Part shown: positions 29,229 through 38,129 of the stretch, piece by piece
How the letters are laid out: each line of letters begins with the position of its first letter
How positions within the stretch are numbered: position 1 is the first letter of the stretch
NCBI GenBank assembly: GCA_963664295.1
Contig: OY760935.1
Coordinates: 960,001 to 1,024,000 of the forward strand
Source: Candidatus Altimarinota bacterium
GTDB taxonomy: Bacteria; Patescibacteriota; Gracilibacteria; CAIRYL01; GCA-016699755
Direction of reading: 5' to 3'
Length of the DNA stretch: 64,000 nucleotides
The notes under the pieces: model-generated
Told to the model about the DNA's origin: nothing
Seen by the model: only the letters and a program-made list of their open reading frames with translations
Databases searched by the model: none
Translations under genes and position numbers: made by a program

Positions 29229-30364
29229 TTTTCTTTGAAAATTTTTACAAAAAAGATTAAAGATAAAGAAATAGCCCCTGATATTATTAGTGGCCAATGA
29301 AAACCAAAATTGCCACCAATTAAACCATAAATCAACTGACCAATAAAAGATCCAAAAATCATAATTAAACTTGTTAATCCTGAGTGGCTACCAATACGCT
29401 CTATTTTGAAGAATTTTTTAAGCCCAACAAATAAAACAAGCCCCATAATTCCATCACCAATACCATGAATCATGCGCATTGTTGCAGAAAGCCAAACAAT
29501 AGGCACAACCATTAAAATATGAGTTAAGCCCGACAAAAAAAGCCCCCAGAAAAACATTTTTTCTAAGGAAGTTTTTTTGTTTTCTATTAAATTACCAAAA
29601 ATTAAAACAGTTATAGCCATAAATAATAATTCTCCTGCCATATAGAAACCCATTCCTACACTGCTTAGGCCTAAATTTTTTTTTAGAAAGATACCATAAG
29701 CAACGTCTTCTGCTCCCCAATGGCTAGCAAAAAGACCTAAAACAAAAATAAAAACTAAAACATTTTGTCTTTTTAAGTCATTTATATTTTCAATTAAGTT
29801 AATTTTCATAGCCTGTAGTCTTGATAATTGGGTTAATAAAAAAAATAACACCAAAAAACCAACTGATTGGATAATAAAAACATATTTAAACTGAAACTTA
29901 TTAATAAAAAACCCACTTAAAATCATTCCTAAACCTATTAATAAAGGATTAAAAAAATTATATAAGCCAAAAATTTTACCAGAATATTCATTTTTAACGC
30001 GTTTTAATAATTCAGTATTAATAGAGTTTTTTAGTGAATAATAAAAAACCCCAAAGACAACAAATAATAAGGATAAAGCAAAAAAACCATGGAATAAATA
30101 AAAACCAATATTAATAAAAATCAAGAAAAAACTTGATAAAAGCCCAATATTTTTAGGTGTAAAGCGATCCGAAGAAATACCCGCAGGCAATAAAAACAAA
30201 ATAGCGGAAATTGAGCTTAAACCAAAAAACCAACCAATTTCTTTTCCAGAAAAACCAAGGCTGTCTAAATAAGGAGCAAAAAAGAACCTTATTGCCATCC
30301 ATAAAACACCAATTAAAGCATTAATTAAAAATAATAGCCAAAAATTTTTTCCAACCTTATTCAT
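29225..30364 (-). CDS. MFS transporter
   Basis: ~12 hydrophobic segments, GISSDRF motif A. Confidence 0.85.
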   Translation of the reverse strand: MNKVGKNFWLLFLINALIGVLWMAIRFFFAPYLDSLGFSGKEIGWFFGLSSISAILFLLPAGISSDRFTPKNIGLLSSFFLIFINIGFYLFHGFFALSLLFVVFGVFYYSLKNSINTELLKRVKNEYSGKIFGLYNFFNPLLIGLGMILSGFFINKFQFKYVFIIQSVGFLVLFFLLTQLSRLQAMKINLIENINDLKRQNVLVFIFVLGLFASHWGAEDVAYGIFLKKNLGLSSVGMGFYMAGELLFMAITVLIFGNLIENKKTSLEKMFFWGLFLSGLTHILMVVPIVWLSATMRMIHGIGDGIMGLVLFVGLKKFFKIERIGSHSGLTSLIMIFGSFIGQLIYGLIGGNFGFHWPLIISGAISLSLIFFVKIFKEN

Positions 30365-30425
30365 TATAAAAAAATATTAACACAGTTTTATTGTCCATTT
30401 TGAATATTTTTGTCAAAATAAATAT

Positions 30426-30977
30426 ATGAAAAAAGTTTTTTTCTTGGCAATTAGTTTAATTTTTCTTTTTTCTGCCTGTGGTGGAGGAGATAATTCAACT
30501 GACAATCAATTAGCACAATATATTACTAATTCATTTGAAATAAGCTATCCGCTTGGCTGGAGCGCCAGAAATAAAGAACAACTAATGGAAGAAGGTGCAC
30601 CAGAAGCAACATTAGCTGTTTTTAGATCAGAACAAGAAATAAGTGGTATTTTTCCCACAATAGCGGTGGTGGCTGAGGATATAGACAAAAATTTTACTTC
30701 TTTAAAATACGCACAAGCAAACACAGAAAACACAAGCAAGGTTTTACAAAATTTTCAAACAATAAGCAGAGAAGAGCTTGAAATTAACAATGAAAAAACA
30801 ATTTTATATATTTTTTCAGGGAGAACAAATCCAGACAACGCAGATATGCAATATGCTCAAGTTTATTTTGCAAAAAATGGCATAGGTATTACGGTTTCAG
30901 CGTTGTTTCCTTTAAATTCGGAGGAAAATTATAAACAATGGTTAATTTCATCAATAAAAACATTTCGTTTTCAATAA
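30426..30977 (+). CDS. Lipoprotein, PsbP/DcrB-like
   Basis: Lipobox FSAC; FEISYPLGW. Confidence 0.7.
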   Translation: MKKVFFLAISLIFLFSACGGGDNSTDNQLAQYITNSFEISYPLGWSARNKEQLMEEGAPEATLAVFRSEQEISGIFPTIAVVAEDIDKNFTSLKYAQANTENTSKVLQNFQTISREELEINNEKTILYIFSGRTNPDNADMQYAQVYFAKNGIGITVSALFPLNSEENYKQWLISSIKTFRFQ

Positions 30978-31020
30978 AAAATCAGCTAAAATAAGCTAGC
31001 TCTTTGAAAAAGTGTATTTT

Positions 31021-31094
31021 GGCGACGTGGCCAAGTGGTAAGGCAGGGGCCTGCAAAGCCTTTATCGGCGGTTCGATTCCGCCCGTCGCCTCCA
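31021..31094 (+). tRNA. tRNA-Cys(GCA)
   Basis: GGCGACG/CGTCGCC acceptor, CTGCAAA loop, TTCGATT, CCA. Confidence 0.95.
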
Positions 31095-31098
31095 CCTT

Positions 31099-31183
31099 GC
31101 CGGGGTGGTGGAATGGTAGACACGAGGGACTTAAAATCCCTTGAGCAATGCTCGTGCGGGTTCGAGTCCCGCCCCCGGCACCA
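31099..31183 (+). tRNA. tRNA-Leu(TAA)
   Basis: GCCGGGG/CCCCGGC acceptor, CTTAAAA loop, long variable arm, TTCGAGT, CCA. Confidence 0.95.
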
Positions 31184-31261
31184 ACCTTTTATTTTCAAAT
31201 TTGAACAAAACCTATTTTGGTTTAAAATAGTAACAACCTTTATGGGTTTTTTTTAAAAACA

Positions 31262-31882
31262 ATGAAAGATATTAATAAATTTCTTAAACAAAAACCTAAA
31301 AAAATAAAAAAACAGCATCTTTTGGTGCATAAAACCAAAAAAGAAGTTTTAATAAAATTTATTTTATTGTTTTTTGTTTTACTGGCTTATTTTTTGTTTT
31401 TGACTTGGAAATTTAACATTGTCACAGGAGGTGTTGTTGCAATTTTAACCTGGAGTTTTTTTGTTTTGTGTACACCCATTGCGGATGCGGGCTTTTTACT
31501 AGACTTTCCTTTGCGATTGCTTTTTGGGGTTCGAATGTTTATTTCTGAGCTTTTTGTGTGGCTAATTGCAATTGGCGTGAATATTATTATTTTATTGTAT
31601 TATTCTGATTTTTATGAGGCTACTTTTTTAACCTCATTATTTAAAAAAATATTATTAAACCCTTATCCATACTGGATAATAATATTATTGTCTGCTGTGG
31701 GCACTTTTTTCTCAGTTGTTTTTGGTGATGAGTTGTTAGACATTATTAAACATAAAGACAGAAAAATGCATCATACATATGGATTTAAACACCAATTAAT
31801 TGTTTTTGGGGTGATTTTTTTGTTAACAATTTGGTCTTATTATCATTTTTTAGAAACTTTAAACATAAAAATTGATCATTGA
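31262..31882 (+). CDS. Membrane protein of unknown function
   Basis: ~5 TM; WSFFVLCTPIADAGFLLDFP. Confidence 0.8.
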   Translation: MKDINKFLKQKPKKIKKQHLLVHKTKKEVLIKFILLFFVLLAYFLFLTWKFNIVTGGVVAILTWSFFVLCTPIADAGFLLDFPLRLLFGVRMFISELFVWLIAIGVNIIILLYYSDFYEATFLTSLFKKILLNPYPYWIIILLSAVGTFFSVVFGDELLDIIKHKDRKMHHTYGFKHQLIVFGVIFLLTIWSYYHFLETLNIKIDH

Positions 31883-31884
31883 CT

Positions 31885-32343
31885 ATGGAAATTAGTTTAA
31901 GAGAAATAATTGGGCTTGAAATACATGTTAATCAGGAAAATTGTGGTTTTTTGCGAGTTGTTTTAATTAAAGACGCAAACGGAAAAGTGGCAGGCATCTT
32001 AAATGATAATAAAAAGTTTTTTTCAGTAGAAAATATCGCCTTAATTCAGCGCTCTGTAATTTTATCAAGCTGTGAATTAGGCACTTCTGAGGGTAAAAAT
32101 TGGCTAGGATTAAAAGTGGAAACAAGAAGTGGCAAAAGAAAAGGTAAAGTTAGTAATGTTTTTTTTGATGAAAATCTTACCCAAGTAAAAAAAATAGAAG
32201 TAAAGAAAAAAATTTTAGGATTTTTTAATAAAAAAATTATTCTACCCAGCAATTTAATATTTGAAGTACAAAAAAACAAAATAATTATTATTGATGATAC
32301 ACAAAAAGCAGTAGAAATAAAATTAGCCCCTAGCGGTGCTTAG
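31885..32343 (+). CDS. PRC-barrel domain protein
   Basis: LGLKVETRSGKRKGKVSNVFFD. Confidence 0.7.
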   Translation: MEISLREIIGLEIHVNQENCGFLRVVLIKDANGKVAGILNDNKKFFSVENIALIQRSVILSSCELGTSEGKNWLGLKVETRSGKRKGKVSNVFFDENLTQVKKIEVKKKILGFFNKKIILPSNLIFEVQKNKIIIIDDTQKAVEIKLAPSGA

Positions 32344-32352
32344 TTATATACT

Positions 32353-32387
32353 AAAAACAACCCTATAGTTAATAGGGCTGTTTTTTT
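32353..32387. terminator. Bidirectional intrinsic terminator
   Basis: ccctat-agtta-ataggg hairpin flanked by A and T tracts, between convergent genes. Confidence 0.65.
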
Positions 32388-32403
32388 AAAGTCTTTTTAT
32401 TGA

Positions 32404-32793
32404 TTAAGTAGTTGTGCCGTCGCCTACAGCGATAATCCATCTTACTATAGAGTAGGACAAGAGGATTATAACAATACCAATTGCGGCCCAGGTAATAATT
32501 TTTTTACCTTTGTTAACTTGTTCTTCTTCACCCTGAGCTGTAACCATAAGCACACCAGCGTAAATAATGAAACCAACTGCAATAATTCCTAGAAACAATA
32601 GGAAGTAGTTAATAAACATACGCACAGCATCTTGTAAGCCAGTGTTTACAGCAGCGTCTGGGCGATCTTCAGTTCTGATTAAATTTTCAGAAGCTGCCAA
32701 AGAGCCGTCAACACCAAGAAAGGCCACAAGCCCGGCCACTGTTGCAAAAGCTAAAGTAGCTGGTGAAAGAAGGATTTTTTTTAGTTTTTTCAT
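32404..32793 (-). CDS. CPR-type pilin (VirB2/TrbC-like)
   Basis: Signal peptide; IIYAGVLMVTAQGEEEQVNKGKKIITWAAIG hairpin motif. Confidence 0.85.
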   Translation of the reverse strand: MKKLKKILLSPATLAFATVAGLVAFLGVDGSLAASENLIRTEDRPDAAVNTGLQDAVRMFINYFLLFLGIIAVGFIIYAGVLMVTAQGEEEQVNKGKKIITWAAIGIVIILLSYSIVRWIIAVGDGTTT

Positions 32794-32929
32794 TTTAAAT
32801 TTGAAAAGTTTTTAGTTAAAAATTTTATTTTTCATATTATTCTAACAGAAAAACATTAAGTTTTCAAGTAAATTGTCTACTTTACGGTAAAAAAAATCAA
32901 GTTTTTTATAAAATATACTTAATAAAATA

Positions 32930-32958
32930 TTGACAAAGGCGCTAAAAAAAGTGAAAAT
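32930..32958 (+). promoter_or_regulatory. Promoter for tRNA-Glu (TTGACA-17-GAAAAT)
   Basis: Perfect -35 with 17-bp spacer. Confidence 0.65.
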
Positions 32959-33016
32959 GAGGCTCGCTGTAATAAGCAACATTTAGCTAATTAGCAACAA
33001 AAAGCACAATTAACTA

Positions 33017-33091
33017 GGCCCGTTCGTCTAGTGGTTAGGACGCCAGGTTTTCATCCTGGTAACAGGGGTTCGATTCCCCTACGGGCTACCA
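33017..33091 (+). tRNA. tRNA-Glu(TTC)
   Basis: GGCCCGT/ACGGGCT acceptor, CCAGG-TTTTCAT-CCTGG anticodon arm, TTCGATT, CCA. Confidence 0.95.
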
Positions 33092-33144
33092 AGTGCTTTT
33101 TTTTGTTGTTTTTATTTTTAAGATTACTAATTTATAATATAACC

Positions 33145-33423
33145 ATGGATAATGACTTTGAATATACACCGCCGAGCAATATTGTTTCGCCTGACGAGCC
33201 AGTTAGCAATATTCTAATCAACATTGCTGATTATTTACTTTTAACTATTGGCTCAGTTGCTGTTGTTTTGTTTGTTTTTGGTGCTTTTGTGTGGATTTTT
33301 GCAAAAGGAGATGAAGAACAAATTAACAAGGCAAAAAAATTATTTTTTTATGCCATTTTTGGTGCGCTTTTTGCGCTTTTGAGCTATGTTATTGTTGAAT
33401 ATGTAATAGACATATTTATTTGA
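33145..33423 (+). CDS. Short CPR-type pilin-like protein (start reassigned to ATG 33145)
   Basis: VFGAFVWIFAKGDEEQINKAKKLFFYAIFG, similar to the pilin at 32404. Confidence 0.75.
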   Translation: MDNDFEYTPPSNIVSPDEPVSNILINIADYLLLTIGSVAVVLFVFGAFVWIFAKGDEEQINKAKKLFFYAIFGALFALLSYVIVEYVIDIFI

Positions 33424-33474
33424 AATAAGACAAAAAATGTGTTAAAATAATAAGAAGGCAAAAAATAAACAAAA

Positions 33475-34209
33475 ATGAAAAATAATAAAAAAATACAAAG
33501 AAGCTTAAGACTTCAAAGCCTAGACAGTAGGGTTAGTGCTGGAGTTTTTGACGAAGAACAAAGAGATAAGTTAATTAAAAAACTAGAAAATTTAATTAGT
33601 GGAGCACTTTTTTTGGCTAATGACAAAAAAAGAAGAGAAAACTGGATTAACACCTTGCCCAGTTTGGACATTGATGACCTACTTGAGCTGGAGGGCGCTA
33701 TTATGCGGGAAAATTTACGCTATAAAAAGGGAGCTAGAAAAATTACTTTTGAAAAAACAGGAAAAAATATTGATATAGCAAATTGTTTTTATAAAAAAAC
33801 TGATGACCTTAGGCTTGATTTAACTAAAAACCCTGAGGAAAGACAAAACTCAGAGGCTCTTGACAACATGGCGTTGCTTTTAGTGATGGCGATTTTTGAT
33901 ATTTTTGAGCAAGAAGGAGCGCGGGATTTTAAACAAACACAGTTAAAACTAAAAATTACCCCAGATAGTTTTAAGCTCGAACAAAAAAGGCAAAAAGCAT
34001 TGGAGCAAATCGCAACAGGACTTCAGGAATGGAAAGGTGAATTTAAAAAAGACTGGGAAAGGTTCGTTGATGCTGTGAGCAGGTCTTTTTTGTTAGCAAA
34101 ACAAACAGAGTGTGAAATAGAAGATAAAGAAAATGATTTTCCCGAGATTGAAGCCGATGAGCAAGATTTAGACAGTTTTTTAGACTTATATCAAGCTTCA
34201 AATGAGTAA
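33475..34209 (+). CDS. Hypothetical soluble protein, 244 aa, coupled to the next gene
   Basis: ORF overlaps the next start by 8 nt; acidic tail. Confidence 0.75.
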   Translation: MKNNKKIQRSLRLQSLDSRVSAGVFDEEQRDKLIKKLENLISGALFLANDKKRRENWINTLPSLDIDDLLELEGAIMRENLRYKKGARKITFEKTGKNIDIANCFYKKTDDLRLDLTKNPEERQNSEALDNMALLLVMAIFDIFEQEGARDFKQTQLKLKITPDSFKLEQKRQKALEQIATGLQEWKGEFKKDWERFVDAVSRSFLLAKQTECEIEDKENDFPEIEADEQDLDSFLDLYQASNE

Positions 34210-37200
34210 GATATTTGACACAGCAGTAGAAATGTTGGCAGGCAAAGAGCAATCTCCAGAAGAAAAAGACCAGTCTATTTTGCAATCTTTTGATCTCAAG
34301 GCTCAGACCGAAAGCGCAAAAGGAGTTTTGGGTAGTGTTTGGGAAGTGACCAAAGAAACAACCAATGACGCTTTTGAATGGCTAAAGAAAAACAAAAAAG
34401 ATGTAATTAAGGTGGGGATAGGAGTTGTTGGTATTAGTTTAGCCTATAAATTTATTCGCGGATTATTTGGCGACAAAGAAGGCGGTTCTGGCAATAAAGA
34501 GGGAGGAGGCCTTTTTGGCTGGCTTAAAGAGGCAGTTGGAATAAAAAAAATTGCGGGAATAGCTGGGGTAGGCTCCGCCCTATGGCTTACACAAAAAATA
34601 CTCAAAGGTGATCTTGTTCCAGTTATTAAATGGTTTGAAAAAAAGGCAGGCATTTTGGGAGATGAAAAAGCAAAAGAACACCTAACTGAACTTGTTGGTG
34701 AAAAAAATGCAAACAGAGTTATTGAGGCGACTAGTGCTGTTTTACATCCAGTTGAAACCTTAAGTGATACTGTCGATAAGGCCAAAGCATGGTGTGCTGA
34801 GCACGGTGTTTCTGCTGACTGGTTGCCTGATCCAAAAAAACTTTATACTGATTACATACAAAAATATCCAACAATGGCAACCGCCGCAGTTGCCGGAAGC
34901 ACTATTTTGGCTTGGTGGTTTACTAAAGACATTTTAAAGTTTTTAATAAAAAGTGTTTTTAGTCCAAAAAAACTTTTAGCACTTACTGCAATCACTGGAC
35001 TTTCAATGATATTGTTTGGTAAGACAGATTTTATTGCTAAAAAACTGCAAGAAATTGGAATTAATATCAATGATTATAATAAAGATGGAAAGATTAATTT
35101 TTCAGACATTGCTATTGAAATTGCCAAAAAAGGAATTGAAGCAATAAAGTGGCTAAGAGGGCAAATTGGTTTATTTTTAGACAAGCTTGGTTTTAATAAC
35201 AATGCCCAGTTTGTTGTTATGGGTGCAGGTGCATTTACAATTTGGAAAACAAGAAGATTTTTGTTAGGAGCCAGTAAGTTTGCTGTATCAGCAGCTCCTT
35301 TTTTAGCTATAACCACTGCTTTGTTGTGTTTGTTGCAAGACGATGCTGTAGCCGACGAAAAATTAGAGACAGAAGAAGACAAAAGAAAGTTTCTGGATAA
35401 ATATTTAGAAAAAATACTACAAGAAACAACAGACCCGGAAATAAAAGAAATACTTAAAAATAATAAAAATGAAGTAGTGAACTTTTTTATGAACCCTAAA
35501 GATTTTAGCTATGAGCACCAGGGTGGTACTTTTGACACAATTGTTTCTTGTACAAATTTTGTTGGTGATTTTTGTGCTGCTATGGGCGAAAGTGCAGGCA
35601 GTTTACTTGATGCATTAGCAGAAAATGGTGATGCCAATAAACATACAATTGAATTTATTAAAGAAAAAAACGAAACGGGCTTTAGTTTATTTGATATAGT
35701 TGGTTTTTTTCGGGCAATGTACAGAGATGGAACGGAGATTTTAATAGCAGACGGAATGGTTTCTTGTGCAATGAAAGGGGCAAGGGGGGTTGTGTGGACT
35801 GTGATGACAAGTGTGGATGTCACAGTAGATGCAATTAAAGATGCAATATTAGAAAATCCATTTGAAGGTGTAAAAACTTATGTAAAAGGGTCAGCATTTT
35901 TTATTGGCATAGGAACCACAGTGGGTGGTGTTTTCGGAGGAGTGCCAGGTGCGCTTAAGGGCTTTAAGCAGGGTGCTTTGTTGCCAGGTAAGATTACTAT
36001 TGGCGCAGGTGTTAAGCTGGCAAAGACGCCAAAGCAAATTCAGCGTGTTATTGAAGAAGCCCCTGAGTGGAAGGCGCTTAAAGCAACAAATGTGAAAAAT
36101 AAATTTAAAGGCATTCGGTTTGCTAGTTTTTTGAAAAATCACCAAGAAGAAGCATATTTTAAGTTTTTACAAAAAACATACAAAGATGCTTATAGAAATT
36201 ATGCTTTTTATTCAGGCCTCAACCCTTGGACAGATGAAATAGGAGATGAATGGTCATTTAAAAAATCAGCAAATAAATGGAAAGCAAAAATGGCGGATCT
36301 TACAAAAAAAATTGAAACACATAAGTATTATGTACCTAGTAAACATGATGGTTTAGTTAAAGAACTTGGACAAGAAGTTTTAAACGATCCTGAGCTGAAA
36401 AATATTTACAGACAAAGGGCAACTAGACTAAAGAACATAAAAATAGGTGCAGAATTTACACAAGGCAAAAAAATATATCAAGTTGCACAATATATTCCAG
36501 AAAAAGACGAGGTGGTTTTGTATGAGCTTGGAAAAAATAAAATAAAAAGAATGCCAGCAAAACATTTACCAAAAGAAGCATTTAAGAATGGTAAAATAAG
36601 AGCTGTTGGTAAGGTGACTGGGCGCATGGTGGAGGCCGGAAGAAAAGGAGCAGGAAAAGCAACAGCAACAGCTAAAGCTGGTGTTGCAAATGTGGGTAAC
36701 GCAGGAAAAGAAGCATTAGAGGCTGTAGCTGACACAAAAATAGGCAGAATTGCTCAAAAAACAGGTAAAGTATTGGGCTCAGGTGTAGACACTGTTGCAG
36801 AGCGCACAGGGGCTAAGGCAGTGGCAAGGTTCATGGAAAAAACAAAAATAGTCAAAGTTGCTGGAAAATTAGCTGGCCCAGTAGCAATTGGCTACGAACT
36901 TTATACAGCAATAAAAGAAGAAACCACTGCAGAGAAAGAAAAAAATGAAGCAATAAGAGATCTAAAGAAAGGTAAGGCAAAAATGCACGCAGGACTTGCT
37001 GTTGCCAATGGCATATTATTAGCAACAAGTTCTACTGTAGATGCTACTGCATTAGCTGCGGGGTCTGCTACGGCTGCCTCTATTGGACTAGCTGGCGCAG
37101 GTGCAGTGGCCATAGAAAGCTGGCGTTATGTTTATGATGGAGCAATGGACTCAGCAGAAGAAAACCTTAAACAAGCTTCGGATTGGGTGACAGAACATGA

Positions 37201-38128
37201 TCGCTTAGGGCTTTTTCATGCACTATTAAGTACAGCAACAGATTTGACCACTGGTGATAAATATAGAGCAACTTTTAGTACTGCTACAGGAGAAAGTATT
37301 TTAGAAGAAAAAATAGACACTCGTAGAAAAATTTGGGAAGCAATTTTGATGCAAGAGGAGGTGTTTGCTCCCCCAAAAGATCCTTCATTAAGTTCAAAAT
37401 ATTTATTTTATCGCATGCTTTTTATAAAAAATAGCACAGTTGATTTTATAGGCACAGATTTTGACCAAATTCGTAACACATTAAAGCTTTCTTCTAATTT
37501 TGCCACAGCTATGGTTTATAGAGAAAAATTAATACAAAAAGGTGTGACAAGTTCTGTTTTTGAGATCGGAGGTGGTACTTTTGATTTAATTAAAGACTTT
37601 AAAGTATCAGATCCAAATATTGTATTAAAGATTGCTTTTTGGATGAAAAATGAAACAGAAACATATAAAGAGACTGAAGGCATAATTGAAAAACAAACAG
37701 AACCAAGGCTTGCCAAGAATCCTTTAGTTTATGCTCTTTATGAGGCTGGCACATACCTTGGCTATGTGGGTGATGGCTCTTTAGAGAGCTTACAAGAGTT
37801 TTTTAATGAAGAACGTAAAAGCGAAAGAGGTGTTTATTGGAATGTTGACAAAGGGGCATGGTATGTTAATGAGGCAGGCTTGGAGTTTGACAATAAAGTA
37901 GGTGTTGGTGGGTATAGAACAGCAATAAACACTATTAAAACTTTGGAAAGCGAAAGTGATGATGTACTTGAGCATAGAGCCCAAAAAGTGGCAGATGCTT
38001 TTGCGGGTAGTGGCTATACAGATGTTTTAAAAAATCAAACCTTAATTATTATAGAAAAAATGAAAGAAGGCCTAAAGAAGTGGCAGGCTCAGGTTAGAGC
38101 AGAACGAAAGGCAAGAAAAAGGCAATAA
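34202..38128 (+). CDS. Large hypothetical membrane protein, 1308 aa
   Basis: Several G/A-rich hydrophobic helices; EF-hand-like DYNKDGKINFSD. Confidence 0.8.
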   Translation: MSKIFDTAVEMLAGKEQSPEEKDQSILQSFDLKAQTESAKGVLGSVWEVTKETTNDAFEWLKKNKKDVIKVGIGVVGISLAYKFIRGLFGDKEGGSGNKEGGGLFGWLKEAVGIKKIAGIAGVGSALWLTQKILKGDLVPVIKWFEKKAGILGDEKAKEHLTELVGEKNANRVIEATSAVLHPVETLSDTVDKAKAWCAEHGVSADWLPDPKKLYTDYIQKYPTMATAAVAGSTILAWWFTKDILKFLIKSVFSPKKLLALTAITGLSMILFGKTDFIAKKLQEIGININDYNKDGKINFSDIAIEIAKKGIEAIKWLRGQIGLFLDKLGFNNNAQFVVMGAGAFTIWKTRRFLLGASKFAVSAAPFLAITTALLCLLQDDAVADEKLETEEDKRKFLDKYLEKILQETTDPEIKEILKNNKNEVVNFFMNPKDFSYEHQGGTFDTIVSCTNFVGDFCAAMGESAGSLLDALAENGDANKHTIEFIKEKNETGFSLFDIVGFFRAMYRDGTEILIADGMVSCAMKGARGVVWTVMTSVDVTVDAIKDAILENPFEGVKTYVKGSAFFIGIGTTVGGVFGGVPGALKGFKQGALLPGKITIGAGVKLAKTPKQIQRVIEEAPEWKALKATNVKNKFKGIRFASFLKNHQEEAYFKFLQKTYKDAYRNYAFYSGLNPWTDEIGDEWSFKKSANKWKAKMADLTKKIETHKYYVPSKHDGLVKELGQEVLNDPELKNIYRQRATRLKNIKIGAEFTQGKKIYQVAQYIPEKDEVVLYELGKNKIKRMPAKHLPKEAFKNGKIRAVGKVTGRMVEAGRKGAGKATATAKAGVANVGNAGKEALEAVADTKIGRIAQKTGKVLGSGVDTVAERTGAKAVARFMEKTKIVKVAGKLAGPVAIGYELYTAIKEETTAEKEKNEAIRDLKKGKAKMHAGLAVANGILLATSSTVDATALAAGSATAASIGLAGAGAVAIESWRYVYDGAMDSAEENLKQASDWVTEHDRLGLFHALLSTATDLTTGDKYRATFSTATGESILEEKIDTRRKIWEAILMQEEVFAPPKDPSLSSKYLFYRMLFIKNSTVDFIGTDFDQIRNTLKLSSNFATAMVYREKLIQKGVTSSVFEIGGGTFDLIKDFKVSDPNIVLKIAFWMKNETETYKETEGIIEKQTEPRLAKNPLVYALYEAGTYLGYVGDGSLESLQEFFNEERKSERGVYWNVDKGAWYVNEAGLEFDNKVGVGGYRTAINTIKTLESESDDVLEHRAQKVADAFAGSGYTDVLKNQTLIIIEKMKEGLKKWQAQVRAERKARKRQ

Positions 38129-38129
38129 A

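Noticed and set aside
34202-38128. Phage tape-measure protein
   Set aside because: No neighbouring tail, capsid or terminase genes
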